Shown: piece by piece, positions 47,834 to 56,290 of the stretch | Position numbering within the stretch: position 1 is the stretch's first letter | Layout of the letters: every line of letters starts with the position of its first letter | IMG/VR virus record: IMGVR_UViG_3300010885_059224 | Location: 9,835 to 73,834 of that record | Length of the DNA: 64,000 nt | From: a virus | Lineage: Duplodnaviria; Caudoviricetes | Strand: one strand, 5' to 3' | Notes under the pieces: generated by a model | Seen by the model: only the letters and a program-made list of their open reading frames with translations | What the model was told of the DNA's origin: nothing | The model's database searches: none | Translations under genes and position numbers: made by a program

Positions 47834-48757
47834 ATGGTAAATACCTACGTACTCAAATTATTAAAAGAAAGATTTGGAAAAGCCAAAGGAGTAAGTGGTG
47901 GTAGTTACAGAGTTAATTGCCCCACCTGTGAGGCAAAGAACGCTAAAAAGATGAAGCGTTATATCTCTCCTGGATGGGCGGTTAGTAACTGCTTTATCTG
48001 TGGTGAGCTATTGAAAGTAAGCGAGCTACTCAAGGGAGACAACTTCAGTTTTGAGTCAGCAGCTCCTGAGACAGGGGTTAATGATGAACAAAATTATCCA
48101 TATGCTAAAACTCCTCCATATACAAAGCTGCAGGACTTTAGTTCGTTAGCAGAAGATCATCCGGCTATACAATTTCTAAAGAAAGATCATCTTACAAATT
48201 TTAATTACTATGCCTCTATAGGTGTAGGATATATACCTGCAGACGGGGGCACAAACCTAACGTTCGACTCAGGAACAAAGATCAACACAGCAGAGAGCAT
48301 ACACTTTCCTATATTTCACAGGGGAGAATATGTTGGCTGGCAGATTAGATTTATCCCAGGAACTTTCAACGGAGACCGTTTTCAGTTCATGAGATACCTT
48401 CATCTTTTCCCCAAAGGCAATTATTTATTCAACTACGATAATGCCAAGCTGCATCATCCACATGTTATTGTGGTTGAAGGAGCTAAGAAGGCATTAAAGG
48501 CAATGAACGCTGTTGCTACTTTAGGAAAAGGTATATCACACACACAAAAACAGTTGATTCAAGAATGGAAGAAGATTACATTGATCCTCGATGGCGAAGA
48601 CAATACCCAAGAAAAGGCCAGGGAGTTGGCAGAAGAGTTTAGGATCAACGGCCGTCAGTGTATTAATGTTGATCCTAGAGATTATGGCTTTGATTCTCCC
48701 GATGAAGCTACAACAGAGGAATTAAACAATATCGTCACATCATTATGGAACAAATAG
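47834..48757 (+). CDS. DNA primase (Zn finger plus Toprim)
   Basis: CPTC...CFIC; 'IHFPI...VGWQIR', 'LFNYD', 'VIVVEG', 'ATLGK', 'LILDGED'; lies upstream of DnaB. Confidence 0.8.
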   Translation: MVNTYVLKLLKERFGKAKGVSGGSYRVNCPTCEAKNAKKMKRYISPGWAVSNCFICGELLKVSELLKGDNFSFESAAPETGVNDEQNYPYAKTPPYTKLQDFSSLAEDHPAIQFLKKDHLTNFNYYASIGVGYIPADGGTNLTFDSGTKINTAESIHFPIFHRGEYVGWQIRFIPGTFNGDRFQFMRYLHLFPKGNYLFNYDNAKLHHPHVIVVEGAKKALKAMNAVATLGKGISHTQKQLIQEWKKITLILDGEDNTQEKARELAEEFRINGRQCINVDPRDYGFDSPDEATTEELNNIVTSLWNK

Positions 48758-49287
48758 GTAATCCACAAATTCAAGAATTAAAAACTCGGATAGAGAATGA
48801 GTATGTTCGTTTACGTGGCTTGGTGCAATCCCACTACTTATACAACAGTACTCCTGCCCACGATAAGGCATTCAAGAAAGCTGCAGAATTCTGCAAACTT
48901 CAAAGAATAACACCAGAGCAATATGCAATGGGGTTGTTTCAAAGCCTGAGTGGTCACCAGGAAAATTTCTATCCTAGTTATTTTGGGTCGGCTTCTGGAA
49001 ATCAGGCGGCACTCACATATAGCAAGGAATATTGCGTACACCCATCAGATCTATACGAGCATCAGAAAGAAATGCTTAGGAGACATGTTGTTGACTTAGG
49101 AAAAGATCCTATAGAGACATTATTGAACCCCAGGCTGAGCTTCTATGCTTGGTTTAGGATACTCGCCACCAAAGAACCGGTCCCTGAAATTATCAGGTTA
49201 TATAGTGAAACAGCGAAGAAAGAAGCTTCACCTGAGCTGGTTGCCTTTCTTCGTGAACAAAACTTGTCGGTTAATAGAATAATATGA
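48745..49287 (+). CDS. hypothetical protein between primase and helicase
   Basis: 180 aa; overlaps both neighbours. Confidence 0.65.
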   Translation: MEQIGNPQIQELKTRIENEYVRLRGLVQSHYLYNSTPAHDKAFKKAAEFCKLQRITPEQYAMGLFQSLSGHQENFYPSYFGSASGNQAALTYSKEYCVHPSDLYEHQKEMLRRHVVDLGKDPIETLLNPRLSFYAWFRILATKEPVPEIIRLYSETAKKEASPELVAFLREQNLSVNRII

Positions 49288-50711
49288 TTAATGATATATA
49301 TCAAGACGGTGACTTCATGGAGTTGGTTATAAAGCATATCGTAAGAGATGCAAAAGTATTCAACCTAGCCAAAAGCTTAAAAATAGTCCCAGAAGATCTA
49401 GGAGGTGTGGATGTATACAGAGCATTCATACAAATAGCCCTGGATGTTAATGAGGCGCCTATCAATCCTAAGCTCATGCTTATCAAGTTGAAAGAGGCAA
49501 TTACTAATGGCAAGATAAGCCAAGGACAGCAAGAGCAGATAGGGGATTTTCATGGGTATATCTATAATGATGATCCATTGAATTCTGATTATATAATAGA
49601 GCACTTGCCGAAAATGTTAAAAGCCAGAAGATTTGGGGCTATCCTCAGGGGTGATACCAAAGATGCTGACTCAGTAGCTGCCAGTTTGAACTCATTAGTA
49701 TTTGATTTCAAAAATGCATCTAGTAATGGAGAAGAGATGACATTCAATCCTTTTGAGCGTCCTATATTCGCCGAGCATAAGAAAACGTTCCCAACAGGAT
49801 TCAAGGATATCGACGCTATAATCAAGGGATTAGGTGTACAGGAATACGGAATAATCCTTGGTTATTCTGGTGGGGGTAAAACCGCAATGGCAATACACTC
49901 AGCAATAGAAGCAGCAAAGCTAGGTTACAAGGTTATGTTCCTAAGCATGGAAGAACCAAAAGAGCCTATATTCGCCAGAATATATGCAAACTACTTTCAT
50001 GTGAGCTATTCTGATCTACACCATGGAAAAGCTATTGCTCAGTCTGAGGTAATGAGTAAATGGCATGATATGACTAACGACGAGAAAGAAGTGATGGCGA
50101 ATATCAGAGTTATTAACATGAAAGATAGTGATGTTGAAACCGCCAAAGATATAGCAAACTTCTTGGACAGAGAAGCGGAAAAGTCAGGGTTTATTCCTGA
50201 GGTTGTGTATATAGACCAGATGGACTATATGGAACCGTCCAAAACCTACGATGCTCAATGGCAGAAATACGAGACTATCTCTTTTGAGGTAGAGGAGCTT
50301 TCTAACCATCTAATCCTAGGAGAACATAAATTCTCTGTGTGGTTACTTCACCAGGCCACAGGAAAAATGAAAGGACACTTCAGTAACGCTGAAATATCCG
50401 GATTCAAGGGTGTTATCAAACCTGCAGATATAGTTGTTGGTATAGGTAAAGACAGCCCAGATGCAAAGATAGCAAATATCTTTTCTCTGAAGTCTAGACA
50501 TACCAAGAACTTCTTCGTACCTCACAGAGCCAATATGGAATTCATGAGGTTTGATACCGCAGATGTTGGAGGAGAAGCAAGAGAACAAATCGAACTCGAA
50601 CTTGTGCCTAAACTCACAGGTAAGAAAAACAAAAAATCAAAACAAACAAGTTTCAAGAACATACCTGAAAAGGAGGAGTTACTTCCTTCCCCTAACGGTA
50701 AATTCATGTAA
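49284..50711 (+). CDS. dnaB: DnaB-like replicative helicase
   Basis: 'PTGFKDID', Walker A GYSGGGKT, 'FLSMEE', 'YIDQMD', 'LHQ', 'LKSRH'. Confidence 0.88.
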   Translation: MINDIYQDGDFMELVIKHIVRDAKVFNLAKSLKIVPEDLGGVDVYRAFIQIALDVNEAPINPKLMLIKLKEAITNGKISQGQQEQIGDFHGYIYNDDPLNSDYIIEHLPKMLKARRFGAILRGDTKDADSVAASLNSLVFDFKNASSNGEEMTFNPFERPIFAEHKKTFPTGFKDIDAIIKGLGVQEYGIILGYSGGGKTAMAIHSAIEAAKLGYKVMFLSMEEPKEPIFARIYANYFHVSYSDLHHGKAIAQSEVMSKWHDMTNDEKEVMANIRVINMKDSDVETAKDIANFLDREAEKSGFIPEVVYIDQMDYMEPSKTYDAQWQKYETISFEVEELSNHLILGEHKFSVWLLHQATGKMKGHFSNAEISGFKGVIKPADIVVGIGKDSPDAKIANIFSLKSRHTKNFFVPHRANMEFMRFDTADVGGEAREQIELELVPKLTGKKNKKSKQTSFKNIPEKEELLPSPNGKFM

Positions 50712-51256
50712 TGCAAATACACTCCCAAGATAGTATATTCTTTGCTCTTGGAAAAGCTAACCATACAAAGGACTATATTGTCTTGGGAGTCTTTGACTTC
50801 TTGGATAATGAAGTCGTAGGGAAACATCCCTTCGACATGAAATATACGTTCGGAAAGTATACATGCTTATCCAGGAGTTTTGACGCGGTTTATCTAGTAT
50901 CAGCATCTTATTCAGACGCACACGGAAAAGATCTAATAAGATTCTCATGCCAGTTGGGTAGGGATGATTATGAAATCATTTCAGAAAGAAAGATAGGTGG
51001 GTTATTCATGGACAGCTCTGATGAGAGCATGAATGTAAACTATCCTAGAGTATTCGATAGCTCTATAGAGCCCCACTTATGCCTAAAGGTAGAAAAAGGC
51101 GTGGTGTACGAGAAAACAGAAAATAAATTCACAGGAGTGAGCTGGAGAGAAGCAGGGCTAGATATTACTAATGACGTAGGAATATTTGGAAATATCATGC
51201 TTAATCTTTTCGGGGAACTACCAAAACAAGAAGATTACGACGAATATGACGAATAG
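50711..51256 (+). CDS. hypothetical protein
   Basis: 181 aa; TAATG overlap. Confidence 0.6.
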   Translation: MQIHSQDSIFFALGKANHTKDYIVLGVFDFLDNEVVGKHPFDMKYTFGKYTCLSRSFDAVYLVSASYSDAHGKDLIRFSCQLGRDDYEIISERKIGGLFMDSSDESMNVNYPRVFDSSIEPHLCLKVEKGVVYEKTENKFTGVSWREAGLDITNDVGIFGNIMLNLFGELPKQEDYDEYDE

Positions 51257-51473
51257 TGAGAAAAGACAACACACGTTCACAGTAACAACACCATCTTGGA
51301 TGACTGCTCCACATACCACAGTACACTTCAATATGTTTACTGACGCTACCCTACCCGAGGCCATAGAATCATTTGAAAGATTCTTGTTGGCTCTTGGGTA
51401 TAGCTTGCCGGATGGAGCACATCTTGGATATGAATACCACGAACCATCCACAGGTATAGATTTAGAAAAATAA
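51246..51473 (+). CDS. hypothetical phage protein
   Basis: 'TLPEAIESFERFLLALGY' is a common small-phage-protein pattern; ATG at 51246 preferred. Confidence 0.6.
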   Translation: MTNSEKRQHTFTVTTPSWMTAPHTTVHFNMFTDATLPEAIESFERFLLALGYSLPDGAHLGYEYHEPSTGIDLEK

Positions 51474-51481
51474 TAAAACAC

Positions 51482-54169
51482 ATGAGCGACACAAAAGTAG
51501 AAGTAAAACCCAGAGGAGGACCCGGGGCGAAATATATGATTGTATTCTCCCATCCCACCAAGGACGACCTTCAGGTTGCTCATTTTGGTAGGTCTGGGGG
51601 ATCAGCCAATGAAGTATTAGATGCCCTGGAAGAGGCAGAGATACCAGTAGAAGAATGCTACTTCACTGCTATGGTAAGAAATGGCATAGGTAGCAAGCCA
51701 AAGCCACCAGCAGAAGATATAGAATTCTGGAGTGAAAAGCTGGATAAGGAGATAGAAGAAATCAAACCACAGCTAATCATTAGTCTAGGCGCTGAAGTAT
51801 TCAAGAGAATCATGAAAACCAATATGAAGGTAGGAGACTACCTCGGTGAAATCATAGATTCCCCATACGGTAAGCTACTAGCTAATTATTCACCAGGAAT
51901 GGTCACGGTTCAGGATCCTACAAAACGTCCTGAGTTTAGAGATATATTCATGCTAGCCAAAAAAGCAGTGGATAATAATCTCCAGTACCAAGAGTATACA
52001 TACAAGATAGTGGATAGTCCTGAAGAGAATATAGCCATACTAAAAGACTATATATCCAGGGAAATGTTCTCTATTGGTTATGATGCTGAGTGGTATGGGA
52101 GTAAATTCACTGATGATGAGGTGATGTATGAGTTTCAATACTCTTGCGAAAAGCATGTGGCCGTGGTTCTTAACATATCCAAGGATGGTGTGACAGAGAA
52201 CCGTGAGCTACTAGATACCATGAAGCTTATTCTAGAGCATCCTAAAGCAGATAGGCTAGGCTGGAATATACGCGCTGACGATATCAGGTTGACCTATAGA
52301 GGGTTTAAACTAGCGGATGAGACTCTAGGGTTTGATGGTATGAAGGCAGTGGCTTTCTTTGACTCTAGAATGGCCAAGGGCCTAGAAACAGGCATTAAGA
52401 AGTTTACTAACTATGAGCCATACTATGTTCCTTTCTATCGTAAGATGAAAGAGCATAAGTTGCCAAAGGCAGCATTAGCAAAGATGAAGTTCTTTGAACC
52501 TGACACATATTATCATTATTGTGCTGGTGATGCTGTGGCTCATCGTGAAGCGTGTTTAAGAATGCGTGAGGGTTTCCCAAAAGAGCTAAAGGGTTATTAT
52601 GACGGTGTTTATCTACCTCTCACAAATTACTTCCTGGATATGGAGCTTACCGGCATACCCATAGACCTTGATGTATTAAATGAGATCACTGATAAATATT
52701 TGAATAAATATAACAGCTTGAGAGAGGAGATGGATACCTTTATGGATAACCACTTTGGTATCAAGGGGTTCAATCCTAACTCTTCACTGCAAAAGAAAGA
52801 ATTCTTATTCAGTACTTTGGCGTTACCTCCTGCATACTATACAAAAGCAGGAAAGTCACCAAAGCCTAGAGTATGGTACGAGAAGCAGAGCCCCCAAACA
52901 CAAAGGCTATTCTCACCTAGCACAAATGGTAAATCCCTATCCACCATCAAGTTCGAACTAGAGGAGGATATGGAGGAGAACGACTCTGAAGATCTAAAAG
53001 TCAAGCACAAGGCGGTAGAACTATTGTTGAATATTTCCAGAATAGGAGTATTCGCTACTAAGTTCTTATCCAAGAAAGGTGTGGTCATGGATGAATCAGA
53101 GTTAGAGGATGGCGATGATGATGAACCACTAAAGCAGAGTTATTGGGCGGCGATTGCTAATGACGGAAGAGTACATGCAAGCTTCTTTGAGCTTCTTAAA
53201 AACTTCCGAGCATCTAGCTCTCCAAACGTCCAAAATCCTGCATCAAAGGTGTTGGCTCACATCCCTAATATCTTCGTGCCTGGTTATTCATTAATGACCA
53301 AGGACGAACAAGCTAATCACAACAGTAAGCTACCAGACAACATCAGGAATATATTCTACTCCGGTAGTCAGGATTATCATTGGGTAGAGCTAGACATTGC
53401 AGGTGCAGACCTTGCAATTATGGCATTCCTTAGCAGGGATGAAGCGTTTATCAAGGATATCAGAGCAGGAAATTTCCATCAAACCAAGATGCGAGAATAC
53501 TTCCAAGACCCTGGGTTATCCAAGAAAGATGTTTCTAAATATGTTATCGCAAAGAGTATCACATTTCGTGTTTCTTATACTGCAGGACTGGACTATGCCG
53601 CAATTCCTATTCAGGCTGAGATTTACGCTGAAAACGGACTACATGTTCCGCTAGAGCTGATTCAATATGCTTTGGAAACCTGGAAGAGATATAGTACATA
53701 CATGGGGTATAGAGAAGAATGTAATGCTGAGGTTAACGCTTACGAAAGAATATCTAATGCCAGAGGTATGCAGTTATCATATGAAAAAACAGACAATTTC
53801 GGAATCAAGGCAGGTTGGCTGAATGAGAGTTTAGCTTTTCCTGTGGCTTCTGAATTGGCGTTGTTCATGTGGCATGCTTCTGTGAACATCAGAAAATTCC
53901 TAAAGAGTGAGGGCCTCTGGATGAAATATATTTATCCTGTTAATGTGGTACATGATGCTAACTACTGGATTGCTCACAAAGATCTTATGAAAGATAACTA
54001 TCTTCCTGAGATACTAAGACATGTCTTCTGTGATTACACAAGAATCGCCACAGGAGATAAACTAGGTTGTGAGTTAGTTGTTAGTGACAGATGGAAAGGT
54101 AAGAAGAAATTCTTCGAGAAAGAAACAGTTTGGAACAATCAGACCCAATCATGGGACTGGAGCCATTAA
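51482..54169 (+). CDS. polA: family A DNA polymerase with an N-terminal uracil-DNA-glycosylase-like domain and 3'-5' exonuclease
   Basis: UDG-4-like N-terminus ('CYFTAMVR...EIEEIKPQLIISLG...YSP'); Exo I 'YDAE', Exo II 'WNIRAD', Exo III 'YCAGD'; 'MELTGIPID', 'FNPNS..Q', 'PNVQN'; motif A 'LDIAGAD', motif B 'AKSITF..SY', motif C 'VVHD'. Confidence 0.88.
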   Translation: MSDTKVEVKPRGGPGAKYMIVFSHPTKDDLQVAHFGRSGGSANEVLDALEEAEIPVEECYFTAMVRNGIGSKPKPPAEDIEFWSEKLDKEIEEIKPQLIISLGAEVFKRIMKTNMKVGDYLGEIIDSPYGKLLANYSPGMVTVQDPTKRPEFRDIFMLAKKAVDNNLQYQEYTYKIVDSPEENIAILKDYISREMFSIGYDAEWYGSKFTDDEVMYEFQYSCEKHVAVVLNISKDGVTENRELLDTMKLILEHPKADRLGWNIRADDIRLTYRGFKLADETLGFDGMKAVAFFDSRMAKGLETGIKKFTNYEPYYVPFYRKMKEHKLPKAALAKMKFFEPDTYYHYCAGDAVAHREACLRMREGFPKELKGYYDGVYLPLTNYFLDMELTGIPIDLDVLNEITDKYLNKYNSLREEMDTFMDNHFGIKGFNPNSSLQKKEFLFSTLALPPAYYTKAGKSPKPRVWYEKQSPQTQRLFSPSTNGKSLSTIKFELEEDMEENDSEDLKVKHKAVELLLNISRIGVFATKFLSKKGVVMDESELEDGDDDEPLKQSYWAAIANDGRVHASFFELLKNFRASSSPNVQNPASKVLAHIPNIFVPGYSLMTKDEQANHNSKLPDNIRNIFYSGSQDYHWVELDIAGADLAIMAFLSRDEAFIKDIRAGNFHQTKMREYFQDPGLSKKDVSKYVIAKSITFRVSYTAGLDYAAIPIQAEIYAENGLHVPLELIQYALETWKRYSTYMGYREECNAEVNAYERISNARGMQLSYEKTDNFGIKAGWLNESLAFPVASELALFMWHASVNIRKFLKSEGLWMKYIYPVNVVHDANYWIAHKDLMKDNYLPEILRHVFCDYTRIATGDKLGCELVVSDRWKGKKKFFEKETVWNNQTQSWDWSH

Positions 54170-54170
54170 T

Positions 54171-54374
54171 ATGCCAATCAAAAGAAAAACAATATACACA
54201 AGCGAAGCCGATGGAGATTGTCCTTGCTGCGGGAGCAGAAATGTTTCTACGTGGGAGGGTACAAATGACAAAGGCAAAGAATACCAAGTTACTATGTGCA
54301 ACACCTGCCAATTCGAAAGTTTTGGCGGGTATGTAAATAGTAGGGAGGACATAAAAGAACACACATACTTCTAA
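54171..54374 (+). CDS. small Zn-ribbon protein
   Basis: CPCC...CNTC; TAA-T-ATG junction supports a start at 54171. Confidence 0.6.
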   Translation: MPIKRKTIYTSEADGDCPCCGSRNVSTWEGTNDKGKEYQVTMCNTCQFESFGGYVNSREDIKEHTYF

Positions 54375-55108
54375 TGCTAAACAGCCTATTAAGCTTTAAG
54401 TTATCAGAGAACAGGAAAACAAGGTTTCACAAAAACCATAAAAACACATTCGGACTCAAAACCGGTAAACCAGAACGAGGAGGTACTTGTCCAGGAGCCA
54501 CAGGTGGAGATGAGGGTTGTGAGGATGTTTGTTATGCTTGTACCACAAGCAGGATATACAAGAACTATCAAAAGGTGGAGGATCACAATACCAACATCAT
54601 ATTGAAAGCTGATTATCCTCTTATGGTGGAGATAATAAGAAACACAGTACTGAAGTTTTTATTGGGCGGTGGAAACACCAAGCAGTTCTTCAGGCTGCAT
54701 ATGGGAGGAGATTTCTTTAACGAAGTCTACGCAAGAGCTTGGGCCCATGTTATGAAGGAATGGCCGAATACTAGATTCTGGGGGTATACCAGGTCTCTAT
54801 TCGCCATACCTATCCTAGCAGAGGTTAAGAACTTATCCATATATCTGAGTTGTGACCCTGTTAATATAAAACAAGTTCTAAAAGCATACGAGCCATACAG
54901 GGATTATCCTAATGTGGCTATTGCTTGGATGGGTGATACCTTTCCAGAAGAACTTTTAAACGATAGAGAGTATCTATCTTGTCCTGCTGTTAACAAGCAG
55001 ACCAAGAGTACAAAGGATTACGGTGCCTGCAGTAGATGCAGGGCATGCATTGACAGACCCCTTAAAACGGGTAAGTTGAGGCATATACAATTTCCTATAC
55101 ACAAATAG
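54374..55108 (+). CDS. GP88-like Cys-rich (radical-SAM-like) protein
   Basis: 'TCPGA...C...CYA', 'FRLHMGGDF', 'FWGYTRS', 'NLSIYLS.D', 'CPA...CSRCRAC'. Confidence 0.75.
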   Translation: MLNSLLSFKLSENRKTRFHKNHKNTFGLKTGKPERGGTCPGATGGDEGCEDVCYACTTSRIYKNYQKVEDHNTNIILKADYPLMVEIIRNTVLKFLLGGGNTKQFFRLHMGGDFFNEVYARAWAHVMKEWPNTRFWGYTRSLFAIPILAEVKNLSIYLSCDPVNIKQVLKAYEPYRDYPNVAIAWMGDTFPEELLNDREYLSCPAVNKQTKSTKDYGACSRCRACIDRPLKTGKLRHIQFPIHK

Positions 55109-55163
55109 GAATAGCAGAAAACAAAGTCCACCCATATGGGCCGGACGCAACAAAACAGCACAC

Positions 55164-55895
55164 ATGAAAGTACCTATAAACACAGCAAACCTGAGAACAG
55201 CCACAGTCAACGGACACCCCGCATATTGCGTGAGTGATCTTGTTGAACACGCCGGAATGACCCCTGTTAATGCCTTCAAAAAGGAAAACGCAATCTTCAC
55301 AGAACGCGTTACCATTGATGGTGTTACACGTAATCGCCAGTTTGTGTTGGCCAATAACGTGCATCTATACAATGCATCTTGCGGTCCAACACCAATCAAG
55401 AAATCCGCAACCACGGCGGGTTACACCTTCAAGGGTGTTAACTCTACCCAGGGCGCGAGTCTAGAAGCACAAAAAGAAATCCCTCAAATCGCAGCGGATA
55501 TTCCAAAAGCTCAACCAGTGATGCCAAAGCTCACTGTTGATGCCGTGCGTAGTCACATCACATCACCTGAGGAAACGTTAAAGCGTAATCTCAAGGATGA
55601 GATCAACAAGTTGGTCCACAAGGAAGCCATGCGCCAGATCGAGATGAAGGGTTTAACCCCTGAACAGGTTCAGGCAAGTGACCGTGAGGATCATCGTAAT
55701 ACCTACAAGGCACTCTATGCACAGTTTGATCGCATTATGCGCATCGAGCTAGGCAAACAGGGTTATACTTTGGAGGAGATCGGATTGGGTAAAGCTAAGA
55801 ACTACTCTGGAAAGAGCTATATCGATAGGATTATCGATGCAGGCTATCTAGAGAACCTACACGTCGTTGCTCAGGCGCTTTTTGGGCAGAAGTAA
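55164..55895 (+). CDS. hypothetical protein, possibly a DNA-binding regulator
   Basis: N-terminal 'LRTATVNGHPAYCVSDL' resembles Bro-N/antirepressor starts. Confidence 0.45.
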   Translation: MKVPINTANLRTATVNGHPAYCVSDLVEHAGMTPVNAFKKENAIFTERVTIDGVTRNRQFVLANNVHLYNASCGPTPIKKSATTAGYTFKGVNSTQGASLEAQKEIPQIAADIPKAQPVMPKLTVDAVRSHITSPEETLKRNLKDEINKLVHKEAMRQIEMKGLTPEQVQASDREDHRNTYKALYAQFDRIMRIELGKQGYTLEEIGLGKAKNYSGKSYIDRIIDAGYLENLHVVAQALFGQK

Positions 55896-55942
55896 GTTAG
55901 TAATTCGGTAAACAACACAAACAACAAACAACATATACACAT

Positions 55943-56206
55943 ATGGACAAGAAATACATCGTTAAAATCTCCGATAACACCGGACACACTGAACTCGCTG
56001 ACCAGACCCTGGATCAGGCTGTAACCGCAATCACCGAAAAGGTGGCCTCACACGCCCACTGGGTATGGATCGACGGTCAGCTCTTCGAGTTTGATGGTGG
56101 AGAAGTCACCTCAGACAAGAACAAGGAGAAGCTCGCTCTTCGTCTTGGTAAAGCTGAGGATACCAACATTGTTCTTTCTGGAACTCTTGTTGGCGGCAGC
56201 AAGTAA
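55943..56206 (+). CDS. ubiquitin-like (beta-grasp) protein precursor ending -LVGG-SK
   Basis: 87 aa; strand-strand-helix-'VWIDG'-strand pattern; terminal 'IVLSGTLVGG' plus 2 residues; JAB and E1 genes nearby. Confidence 0.65.
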   Translation: MDKKYIVKISDNTGHTELADQTLDQAVTAITEKVASHAHWVWIDGQLFEFDGGEVTSDKNKEKLALRLGKAEDTNIVLSGTLVGGSK

Positions 56207-56227
56207 TCGCCGTTAGGCAATAATGTT

Positions 56228-56259
56228 GTGGGAGAGGGGATTAATTTCCCTTCTCCCAC
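56228..56259 (+). terminator. 13-bp hairpin with TTAATT loop
   Basis: GTGGGAGAGGGGA/TCCCTTCTCCCAC followed by TTCTATTTT. Confidence 0.6.
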
Positions 56260-56290
56260 TTCTATTTTAAACAACTAACCATATACATAC

